Assembly: GCA_964016885.1 (NCBI GenBank)
Contig: OZ024741.1
Location: 162,192,001-162,256,000, forward strand
Length of the DNA: 64,000 bases
Source of the DNA: Eledone cirrhosa
Taxonomy: Eukaryota
Direction: 5' to 3'
Each line of letters begins with the position of its first letter. Position 1 is the stretch's first letter. The notes under the pieces are model-generated. The model was not told where the DNA came from, made no database searches, and saw only the letters and a list, made by a program, of their open reading frames with translations. The position numbers and the translations under genes are program-made. Below, in pieces: positions 39,144 to 51,018 of the stretch.

Positions 39144-40200
39144 CTCCCTGTGTCCTCTAAGTTCAAATCTATACTAGTGTCTGCCAAAATGACGGGATTT
39201 GAACTGAGAGGGCACAGGGGACCGGAAGGAATAATGAAAATCATTTTAACCGACGTTCTATCTACTCTGCCAATCCCCTACCTCAGGTTAGAATGTGATT
39301 AATGATTCCAGTAATGTATTTTGTCGAAAATTAAAAGAATATAGAAATATTCTAGATTTAAGGAAATGTAAGTCAGTCAGCCAATTTCTCTCAGAGCGAA
39401 ACAGAATAGATCCCTGTCTTGGAATAGTAATTCATTTATCGACCTGGGATTCGAACTCAGCGGGATTTGCATTCGTCGCCTTGATTTCAGACATACGAAG
39501 AGTTAAATACACATCCGACAAAGGGTACCTTACATTATTAAAACTACAAGGAACTGAACGAAAATAATCTAAAAGGCCCAGTGCTATTAGTTTGTATAAC
39601 AAGGTCAACATATGGGTTTATCTTCATTTCCTTGATTTATCTTCGTTCCCTTGACCGAGCAAGAAAGTAGACACAATACTAATAAAAGTATGACAATGCC
39701 ATTGGTGTCCTAGGAATGATCTAAATCATAAACCTCCATTATCTTCTTTACAATCACCACTACCTCCACTACCACTTTCACTACTAATAACACTACCAGC
39801 ATTACCACCACCACCACCACTACACATCACCACCACCACCATCACCACCACAACCACCACCACCACAACCACCACATCCACCAATACCACCACCACAAAC
39901 GTCAACATCCAAACCACTCCCACCACAATCACAACCACAACCACCATCACCACAAACAGCAATATCGAACAATAAAACAACAAAGACTGGAGCTTAAAAT
40001 CTCTTTACTTTAACCTCACCCTTTAAGACGTCTGTTTTAGAATGACGTGTAGAATTTTCATTGTCATGGTCAGATATTACTGAATGACGTACAAGATTAT
40101 ATATATATAATTGTTTCTACTTTAGGCACAAGGCCAGCAATTACCCAGAGTGCATTACTGGTACTTTATTTTATCGACCCCGTAATGATGAAAGGCAAAG
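37460..40200. repeat. Large inverted duplication (arms about 37460-38670 and 39140-40200)
   Basis: Arms are near-identical reverse complements; the mirrored 90-aa ORFs 38245-38517(-) and 39295-39567(+) differ at one residue. Confidence 0.95.
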
Positions 40201-40238
40201 TCAATAATATGGACAGATATTACTGAATGACGTACAAG

Positions 40239-40308
<70 letters not shown>

Positions 40309-40619
40309 GTGGCTGACAACTCGATTTCGAGTACTTTGTTCCGTGGCCCAAGAGCTAAGAAGGCCCCATAGCAACCATGCAACATCCATTTTGAGAAAAA
40401 TCTTTGCCTGCTTCGAGCCCCAAAGGCTCACCTTGCAAAATTTCTCTTGGACGTCCTGCTTAAATGGATCTATTGCTCCTGGATTACCTTGAGGGTGTTG
40501 GTTGAAGGTTGTACTGGGTATAATTATAAAATTGTCGGTAATCCATGCTAGGGTGTTAGTGTGTTTTATTCTGTCTACAACCTTCTCAGTGAACTTATCT
40601 ACTTTTTTATAATGTTATG

Positions 40620-41012
40620 GTATGGACAAGATGTTTCAATGTTTCTCAGTTTGCTCTGTTTTTCATTGAAGATTTTGCTTTAGTGTTACAATTGGGTTTC
40701 ATACGATGTTAATATAAATTTAAGGCGACAACCATCTTCCTTGCGTGGGATATATCACATTAACATCATTGTTAACACTGAACTTTTTAATTTTCGAGCT
40801 TTTACATCCATCTCGCTAAATTCTTATAATGCCCTATTCAGGTCAAATATAAATGTCAGGGCAGGCACTTCAAAGGTGTCCCTATATTGTTATTATACGC
40901 TCAGTTTTCTGATTACCATAGTTTATTTATTTACTCTCTTAAGGTATTCATTTCTTGCTCTTGCCTTATTAATTGGTCTATCAAACATGACATTCTCATC
41001 CTGTCCAAGGTA
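40620..41012 (-). pseudogene. Old R4/Dong-like RT fragment
   Basis: YLGQDENVMFDRPINKARARNEYLKRV..VPALT..EMDVKARKL resembles the region after RT domain 7 in the intact Dong ORF (KYLG..ECYRRVR..IPVVTY..LDTKIRKFL). Many stops. Confidence 0.55.
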
Positions 41013-42029
41013 ATTAGAGTTCTCACCCGAATATAGAGGCTGTATTGCCAAGCAGTTTAGACATGGTATACATCTCGTATGGTCATGAGTTCGATTTCTT
41101 AAGACACGTTGAGTCCTTGAGCAAGACATTATATTTCACGTTGTCTTCGTTCACTCAGCTGGCAGAAATTAGTCGTATCTGTGATTCAAAAGAACAAACT
41201 TATTAAACTTTATGTCACGCTGAATCTCACTGAGAATTGCGTTATGGAATCCTCAGCGTGTTTGTGGAATCCTCAGCCACTATAACAGGCTGTTCCATTG
41301 ATCAAACAACTAGAACACTCGTTGTCGGAACCGATGGAAGACCATCTTGCACTACCAAAAGGGAACATTTAAACTCCCTAAATTCTATTCCAGTGGGTAA
41401 TGAGATCCAATTCTGTTTTAATGTGGTCAATACTTCGCCTATACAACTTCAGATCGTCTGTAAAGGAAAGGTGGGACACGTTTCTGGGTTCAGAGTATCT
41501 ATTTCTATAAACACTGTTTTGTGAAGAGATATGATAACGGCTTTAATGAGAAGACATAGAGCTATGCTGACGAGCTATCGCTCAGCGCGAAACATTATTG
41601 GTTATGCATAATATCGGATATGAAAATGTTTGTGAACAACTCTGAGAAGTAAAGCCAGCCATGGTTAGGTGTTAGAAGCAATTAGTGGTTGGAAAACTTT
41701 GGCTAATTGTAATCCTTTGACAATCCTCCCATGTGGTATATTATGAAAGGCCTTTAGTACTCTTGCTACACTACAGTCGAGACATTTGTTACTTCAGGCA
41801 CACTACAGCTTACAACTTCTGGTTCTTCACTCTTTTCCCTCTATTCTTTGTTGATTAATAGCTGTTCTCTACACCCCATACTTCTTTGTTGTTGTTTTTT
41901 TTGCCATCCTGCTCAGATTTTATATTATTGGTGGCACAATGATCCTGGAAGAACAGATTAAGGCACCCAGTGTATAATTTATACATGATGTTTCATGAAT
42001 GTATTGTCTGTGTTATATTTCCAAAGTGT

Positions 42030-42385
42030 GGACGCAGTATGGTCAAATAGTTAAGGAGTTCGCTTCGCAATATTTAGGTCCCGGGTTCAATCCCACTGCC
42101 TGGCATTTGGGCTAAGTGTCATTTACCATAGTCTCGAGTGTACCCATGTCTTGTAGGTGAAATTGGGTAGGTAGAAACTGTTTCGAAGCCCGTCGGATGG
42201 ATTGTATTTACAATTCAAAGGTTCAACTGGGACACAGAATGTGTTATACTGAATCTCCCTAATAATTACGTTAAAGATACACGTGTCTGGTGAATGCTCA
42301 GCTACTTTACAGGTTAATTTCATAAGCAAGCTGTTCCGTTGATTGAACAAATGGAACAGGAACGCACACCGTCGAAACCGACGGA
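42030..42385 (+). mobile_element. tRNA-derived SINE, family 2; related copies at 4560-4770(-), 41035-41345 and 59680-59970
   Basis: TGGTCAAATAGTTAAGGAGTTCGC..GGGTTCAATCCCAC head; shared body GAAATTGGGTA..GAAACT..CGAAG..GTCGGATGGA.TGTA. Confidence 0.75.
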
Positions 42386-44949
42386 GGTTCATTCACATTT
42401 CTCAACTATGAGAATCTGTGAAATGGTTTTGTTAAGTTACAGCCCATCCTGACAGAATGTGTACGTATATTTTGATTGTATGGGTTAAGTTAACAATGTA
42501 ATTGCTAACACATACATCCGGAGATTTATGTTATTTTTTCCCCTTTTAAGGTAATTTCCAGTTATTTCATTTTCTACATCCAGTTGTAGTGGGCGAGAGA
42601 GACGGCGGCGATGACAGTGGGAGTTCGGCTCTTCTGTGTTCGGACCTGGTGTGCAGCGTCAGTTGTTAGTAAGGAGGTAAAATTGGCATGATTTTCCTCG
42701 TCCTTTCGTTGTTTGGTTTCTGTAATCAAAAGTTTGTGGTGTAGTAAGTATAACCTAACTTTGCTTAAGACGCTTTATAAAAGCTAACGCAATGTGGTTT
42801 AACTTCAACTGATACTTTGATCTTAACAAATTTGGAAGACTCTTTCCGTATATGTGTTATCAACTATCTTTCTTTAAGGTGAATGTTTTGAGCCTGTTGC
42901 TACATATCATCACAAACCATTTGTGAACTTTTAAATGGATTTTGGTATTCAGCTGTTCGTTCAATTACGCAATACGAGAACTGAAGTAAAGGGGAAAATG
43001 CACGATAACCCTATGGTCGGCTGCAACCAACTGCCATCGACGATAAACGGAAGGAATATTGGTTCGGATTGAAGGCGATACCAACCCGGGCAGGGCCGGG
43101 TCGAGTTACTATGCACCTTTAGACAGGCTCCCCTTGCACGAATTCCGTCGTCTGATTCGCCGATTAATTGTCGTGGATCATCACACACACACATACACAC
43201 ACGCGCGCGCGCACGCGCATATACACACATACATACATACACATACACACACACACACACATGCACAGACAAATACATTGTAAACTGTTTTATTTGACGA
43301 ATGAAACGCTCAATGCAAAGTTCAATGTGCATGCGCGCGTGTGTGTGTGTGTGCACGTATGTGTCTATTTGTGTATATGTACGCTTTTATATATGTTCTT
43401 TGAGGTATGTGTATGCGTAAGTATGCACGCCTCTCGGCAGATTTATTCGTTTCTAAATTTAGCTGAATGTATTGTCTCTGAAATACGTCACACGCTACCT
43501 CCCACTTCCATTAATAATTCATCTACATCCTATCCTATGTATTTTACAATGAACTTGGCAATGAAATTAATCGAACACGTGATATTATCACAGGTGGTGT
43601 TTCATATCTCGATGTGTTTTCTCTTAAGTACTTAAAGCATCACATACTACCTCTTTTTCCCTACCCTTGAATTAGCATCCCACCTACACATTCTACCATA
43701 TACATTCTACAATGATCTTGGCAATGACATTTGTGGAACACGTGATGTCATTATTAATGTGAATTGGCAAATCCCGCCGAGGTTGACTTTGCCTTTCATC
43801 CTTACGGGGTCGATTAAATAAAGTACCAGTAATGAACTGGGTAATTGCTGGCCTTGTGCCTAAAGTAGAAACAATTATTAATGTGAATTGGCAGTATCGG
43901 TAGAGGGTTGGACGCCATGCTTTCTAGCATAGTTACGTCCCTTTACAGTCTGAGTTCAAATCCCGCCGAGGTTAATTTTGCCTTTCATCCTTACGGGGTC
44001 GATAAAATAAAGTACCAGTAATGTACTGGGTAATTGCTGGTCTTGTGCCTAAAGTAGAAACAATTATTAATGTACAAGTTAAATTTATCTGGAGGTGCGA
44101 TAATCTTCCGATTAGGGCGCCTCACTGAATTCTCCTCCAATACCAATACGAAATTGGTTGTAAACCTGCAGATGTTCTATAAATACATGTTCTCTTAATA
44201 CATGTTCTCTTAAATACTTAAAATACTCATTAACATCTACTTTCGCTCTGTCCTATATATTCTTGAATGGACTTGGCAATGAAATCATCAGAATACATGA
44301 TGTCATCACATGTGTATGAGAAGATAGGCAAGTGGTCCATTGATAATATATAAGACACTTGCATTTTTTACAATATTATGTCATCTGACCTTTTATATTT
44401 CATTATATTCATTTTTGTTGACTTTGCCTTTCATCCTTACGGGGTCGATAAAATAAAGTACCAGTAATACACTGGGTAATTGCTGGCCTTGTGCCTAAAG
44501 TAGAAACAATTATATTCATTTTTTGTTTCTTCAATAAACAGCCACCCGGTTATCAAACCAACCAACTGGAAATTTGTAATAAATTGAAGTAAATATCATT
44601 AAATAGACGGTAGAATTGCAGAAGAATTAGAACGTCGGTGAAAATGCCGTGAGATATATATTCCAGCTTTTTACTTTTTGAGTTCAAATCTCACCATGGT
44701 CAACTTTGCCTTTAATCCTTCCGCCGTCAACAAAATAATGTATAATAGACTTTCTCTTCTCCTCAAAATTGTTGACTCTGTGCCTAAATTTAAAACAATT
44801 ATTAGAGGATGGTGGATTCACAGAATTGTTAGAGAATCAAATAAAATACGATTGCGGTATTTGTTCTGGCTCTTTATTTCCTGAGTTCAAATTTCGCTGA
44901 ATTCACCTCTCGAGGTCGACAAATTAGAAATCAATAATATATCAAAACG

Positions 44950-46900
44950 ACAAGCTTAACTGAAAGACCTTTGTCGTGATACTTGTACTTTATTTCTTAA
45001 TCTTTCGATGAAACGACCCACATGATGGTAATTTCAGCGGCTCTGAAAGAATCCTGGAAAGTCACATTTTATTTAATCAAGTTAATCTATTTAAAACAGT
45101 AGAAACTTATATCCATAAATATATAAAAACACTTCATTTTTCATTACCATATTTGAATTATTTAATGAAGAATTTAGAAGGATTTACTGAAATTATTAAT
45201 TATTTCATTAAGATGGTATTTGTAACATCATGATTTCTTATATAGGCACAAAGTCAGCAATTTAGGGAGAAGGGAAAGTCGATTAAATCGACCCCAGTTC
45301 GTGACTGGCACTTTATTTTATCGACCCCGTAAGGATGAAAGGCAAAGTTAACCTCGGTGGGATTTGAACTCAGATCATAAAGGGCCGTAACTCTATGCTG
45401 CAAAGCATGGTGTCCGACCCTCTACCGATATTGCCAATCCACCGCCCTGGCATTTGTAACATAATAAAAGGTAAAAATATATGTCGGAACGTTTAAATTT
45501 AAATAGGAATCCTTTAAAGTGGGTGGTTTTGTTTCATAGACTCAACGGCAGTGTTGGTATCAAAAGGAGTAAAGTTATACTATGTATGTAATTTACTTTT
45601 CAGTAGAAATTCTTTGCCTGTGATTTTATTTCCGTTTATTATTTCATGAATTTATCGGTTTTCAGTGGATTCACCAAAAAAAAAAAAAAGAAAATCAGAC
45701 ATATGTGAAAAAGTAAAGTCGTGGTAAATTTCAGTAAAGTCATTCATCAAAATTTGCACTGAGAGTGTTCCATAGATGATCGGTAAAGTTATTGGGAAGA
45801 CTTTGCTGGAAAACGTTTGAGATCATCCTCTACTAAAACATCACAGCATTAATCAGCAGGAGACGTTGTGTGAAAATACTTTAAAATTGTGGGATGTTAA
45901 GTTAATTGTTTCTACTTTTGGCACAAGGCCAGGGGAAATATGTGCATAAAATTAACTGAAGTATGTCGAGAATCCAGATAATTGTTTCTACTTTTGGCAC
46001 AAGGCCAGCAATTACACTAGCGCATTACTGGTACTTTATTTTATCGACCCAATAAGAATGAAAGGCAAAGTTAACCTCGGCAGGATTTGAACTCAGAACG
46101 TATAGGACCATAACTCTATGCTGCAAAGCATGGTGTCTGACTCTACCGATACTGCCAATTTAGAATATGACACTATTGTCCTCCATTGTGAAGTGGGCGT
46201 TGTTTTTCTAAAGGACATGATTTGAGCTAAAATTAAAAACTGAAAAATACTGTTCATGATTCTCTAGAAGAGACAAATGATCAATTTTTAAATGCTAACA
46301 AATGAACGTTTGATTTAATATTTATAATTGATGCAACCAGTTGTCTCAATAATCTACATTTAAAACTGCAGAGAAAGAACAAATTGTTTCCTTAACTTAG
46401 TAAATGGTATCAATGCATTGAAGATTAAATTAACTGTTCATCTCTTAAATTAAAAAAATTAGAATCTAAACAAATTTCCGAACTTAAAATAAGAAAGTGA
46501 TTGTGCTGAAGGTAATTGCAATTTCACAACAAAGAGTCATTTGAAAGTCGTTTCGTGATTTTTCTGAAGAAGACTGCATACTCGCATTTATAAACCTATT
46601 TTTTCCTAATAAACAAAATGTCGTTAAAATGCTAGTAGCAAAGAGAAAGTATTGATTTAAAAACAAATTCGTTATTAAAAAATATATTTGATGAGCTTCT
46701 CTCAGTTCCAAATGCTGTTGAAATAATAATTTTCAAGGGATCATTCCACAGTGAACAGTTTTCAGAACCAAAGAATATATACGAGGTACAGATGTGAATT
46801 AATATTTTCATCCATGAAACTGCTCAACAAATAAAAAGATTGATTGATTCTAATTTGAAATTTTTTCATATGCTCTCGATAATAAATTTAACTAAAAACA
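44950..46900 (+). pseudogene. Decayed hAT (Buster/SPIN-like) transposase core, split by SINE insertions
   Basis: Remnants in the expected order: FDETT (45004), CTESVP*MIGK (45755), HPLLKHHSINQQETLC (45825), LHCEV (46180), FDLIFIIDATSCLNNLHLKLQRKNKLF (46308). Confidence 0.7.
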
Positions 46901-46950
46901 TTGAAAGATTGGCGAAATTACATACATACATACATACATACATATCACAC

Positions 46951-46981
<31 letters not shown>

Positions 46982-47068
46982 GCAAAAGGTAAACAGAAAT
47001 AACAACACAATCGGTACAGTATAAGGAAGGGATATATTAGGTTAACGCTTGATATAGCAGGAAGAGGG

Positions 47069-47102
47069 CTTGACGTTTCGGACGGTAGTCCTTCATCAGA
47101 AG
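47069..47102 (-). ncRNA. Minimal type I hammerhead ribozyme (Penelope-type)
   Basis: Minus strand CTT-CTGATGA-A-GGAC-TACC-GTCC-GAA-ACGT-C-AAG: full core, stems I and II, palindromic stem III. Confidence 0.8.
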
Positions 47103-47284
47103 AAAGAATGAGAAATAAATACGCATATGAAACACGACTTTCTCAACGTCATATTTAAATAGGAATCGACTACTATTGCGGTCATTTGCTTTGGCATCCA
47201 TGCATTTTAAACTTCAAAAAGTCCCAATGTACCAATGGCTCTTAAGCCAACTCTTCTCTGTGTTTGTCTTTTTTAATCTTGAAC

Positions 47285-47870
47285 TGTATATGCCAAGGGT
47301 GCGTACTGTCACCTGTCCTGTTCGTTATTTTCATGAACAGGATTGATATGCGCAGCCAGTTTGGCGGTGGTGTCATGAGTGGCGGGTGTAAAATCAGTCG
47401 ACTGAAATTTGTAGACGGCATGGTATTACTTAACTCGACGTAGGGTGGTCTCCGACTTGTACTTGATAGGTTTGAATCCGAGTGCTGCATGGCTGGAATG
47501 GAAATCAATGCTGCGAAATCTGAGACGCATGTCCTCTTAAGGAAGCCTACGCAGTACACTCTACATGTAAATGGAGTTCCACTAAAGGAGATAGAGAAGA
47601 TCAAGTATCTCGCGGCCGTGTTCACGAGTGATGGAAGGCAGGAGGCTAAATTAAGTGTAAGAATTTCAGGAGCCGGTGCAGTAATGCGCCAGCTTCAGCA
47701 TTCGGTAATTAGAAAAAGGGAGGTGGGTTTAAAAGCCAAACTCGCTATCTTCAATTTGGTATTCCTGCCAATCATTACCTATGGTCATGAATCTTGGGTA
47801 ATGACCGAAAGAATACGACCGAAATGGGGTTTCTCCGAAGGGTCTTTGGAGCAAGATGATTGGATAGCAT
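47285..47870 (+). pseudogene. RTE-clade (Rex3/Expander-like) RT fragment
   Basis: QGCVLSPVLFVIFM..KFVDGMVLL (degenerate FADD)..GMEINAAKSE..KYLAAVFTSDG..PIITYGHESWVMTER, with an internal stop. Confidence 0.85.
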
Positions 47871-47879
47871 CGATGAGCT

Positions 47880-49130
47880 TGGCTGGTCTCCATGGTGATC
47901 CCTACCTTATTGATTCTTTCATTTGCAACGCATCGCTTCCAATAAACATGACCCGCTCCACCATCAGGTCCAGGCTTCAACAGGTCCAGACTGTCACGAG
48001 CCGACTGGGCTTGATTGACGGCCACCCAGCCATCTTTCTGCTGAGGAACTGCTTTGCCATGCCGAAGCTCCTCTATACACTCCGCAGCGCTCCATGCTAC
48101 ACCCAGACATCTCTCCTCGTTGACCTCGATACTTGTATCCGAGCAGCAGCCGAGGGGATATGCAACGTCAAGTATGGCGGCCTTGGCCTCCGGTCCCCGA
48201 TCTCACTAGCTCTGCCGGCGTATCTTTCGTCGGTAACCTCGTGCCCGTCCTCGTTGGCAGGGTTCTTCAAAACACAACAGAATCCTCTGTGTTCAGAGAA
48301 CGTGAGGCCGCCTGTGAGATGTGGGACCGGCTGGGACTTAGCCCAATAGACGTCCCTCTTCCTTCTCCCCCTATTGACGTCAAGTCCCCCCAACACACTT
48401 GGGATGACATCCAGTGCAACCTGGCCTCAGACAGGCTCACGCGCCAGCTCGACCAGCACCGCCTTGCTTGTTTTCGTGCGGCATCCAAACCCCACAGTGG
48501 TGCCTGGCTCCATGCCCTGCCCTCCTTCTCCACTGGCACGCAGCTAGACAACCATAGCCTGTGAATCGGCGTTTCCCTGAGGCTCGGCCTCCGGATCTGC
48601 CAGCTACACCAATGTCGCTGCGGTTCCACTGTGGACTCTTTCGGCCTCCACCCGCTTTCCTGTCATCACAGTGCCGGCCGTATTCCACACCAAGCTGCTC
48701 TCAACGAAGTCATTAAGCATGGCTTGGACGCTGCAGGCTTCCCTTCCCAGCTCGAGCCGGTGGGGCTGGATCGAGGGGACAGCAAAAGGCCAGATGGCAT
48801 GACCATCTTCCCGTTCCGCAGTGGCAAACCCCTCGTCTAGGATGCCACTTGCACGACACTTTCTGCAGCCACAACCTGGTGCAGTCTGCGACTGACCCAG
48901 GTCTGCTGCACGTCGGGCTGAGGTGGCCAAACTCTTCAAATACCGGTCGCTCTCCGACAGGTTTGCGGTCGTACCCCTGGCAGTGGAGACTTCTGGTGTC
49001 CTCGGCCCCAGGGCTACCTCCTTACTCACCACCATAGGCGCGTGAGCCCCGCGAGTTGGAGTGGCTTTTCTAGCGCGTCTCCCTTGCCGTCCTCCAGGGA
49101 AACGCCTTCTCCATTCTGTCCGCCGGGGCT
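47880..49130 (+). pseudogene. CRE-clade retrotransposon 3' half (RT thumb, zinc finger, RLE)
   Basis: FLLRNCFAMPKLLYTLR, GGLGLRS, SGAWLHALP, LRLG..CRCG..HPLSC, KRPDGMT, DATC, PLAVETSG, RVSLAVLQGNA. Frameshifts and stops. Confidence 0.88.
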
Positions 49131-50773
49131 GTGGGTGAGCCCCATCGCGTACCGTTGTAGTTGTTGTATACAGATATTAACTCATCAATTCCATTGTCCT
49201 AATAATAGATATTTGAATAAGGAAATGTTTATATTTAGTTTTCAGTATATAATACATTATGTTGTAATATTTATGATTAGATTTGATACATAAAGAACTA
49301 CATGACATAAGTTAGTTTGCTTTGTAGCGAAATCTGTCCAGGCCTTGAACCTTGGGTGACACCTAAAAGTCAAACTCTAGGTCACCATCCTTTTGGTGTG
49401 AACAGGTTCATGCGTGGGCTATCCCCTCGAGGCAGGGGACAGAAAGCGACAGGTATATAACGCCTGTATATTCCCATGTTTTATACAGAGCGATCGGAAC
49501 AGTACGCTATTACAAGCTATGTGAAAGATTCACCGCTACCTTCAGGCCGCAGAGGTCTACAGACCATTACTCTCTTTCTCTCCTGGTCGCAGACTACACC
49601 AGCCTCATGAGCCAACAACAAAATAACATTGTCAACCTTCGCATCTCATGGTAACTTGTTTATTGTTCTTTTTGAATGAAGTGAAGTAAGCTTTTATATA
49701 TAAAGTAAATCGCTATTCTTGTTATTTCATCTAATAACCATGTTTTACATCTAACAACTAACAACTAATACCTTTCGTTAAATTGGTGAACCCGAGGTGA
49801 TTTTAAAAAAAAACAAAAACGAAGTGGTATTTAAAAAAAACAAAAACAACACGCAACATTTTTTTCAACATGGCCGACATCAACAACTTTCTCAGCAATA
49901 TATAATTACCAAGCTTCTCATCTATATGGTACGATATGATAAAACTTCACTTTTTCAAATTATTCACCAAACTTCCATTCTACGGAATATTTACAGTGAC
50001 TTCGCTTTTATGTTTCGATTCATTTCGATTCATTACACTTCACCACGTGCTTCGTAATCTCCAACAACAACAACAACAACAGACAATACTACTAGCTTCC
50101 TAGCAAGAAAACAATCACATAAAGAAGAGAAAACTGAACTTTTTGTAAAGAACAATTATATAAATATTTAAAAGAAATTTTTTTACAGGTTATATATGAA
50201 CGTTCATTTTTGTTTTTTTTTTCACTGTATTATATGCCTGTATGAACATACACGTTTTGCATCAAACACACATCATTTTCTTTGTCACACCAACATGTTT
50301 TTGTCTATGGTATATTCTGGATTCGGTGGGGTCTCTACGAGATCACTTTTCAACTGGTCGAGGTTCGGCAACAGTTATTAAACACATGATAAACAACCCA
50401 CTGATACTACTAGCCTGGACTCACTCAGACACGCAACTCAAAATTGCACACACTCATGTCATAGCATACACCTCGACTCACTGGAAAAGCATCTTACGTT
50501 TTATATTCAATTATAATATACGGCTCGGAAATATCTCTTTTTTAGAGCTATTTTGTTGTAAGAGACTATTTTGAGTTCCTAACCCAATATATACCTTTGA
50601 TATATCTCCCTCTTGTTGCCCTCTATTGTATTTCTAATGTTCATGTGACTAAGCTCGGTAGAGCACTGTATTTTTGTTTATAAAGCTCTAATCATTCCTG
50701 CCCAAGGGTATGGATGAAACATTGTCAGCAAATAAAAATTGTATGAGTATGTAGGCGTTCTTTCATTTCTTTT

Positions 50774-50862
<89 letters not shown>

Positions 50863-50966
50863 ACAAATAGTTTATCGCTCTACATGGCTGAATACAATAT
50901 ATGTAATCTGAATTTTTCGAATATTAATAATAATATTCGATTCGATTGCAATTATGCAAACAGCCT

Positions 50967-51016
<50 letters not shown>

Positions 51017-51018
<2 letters not shown>

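Noticed and set aside
39295-39567. 90-aa ORF present twice
   Set aside because: Duplicated only because of the palindrome; includes SINE-like sequence and no recognisable domain.
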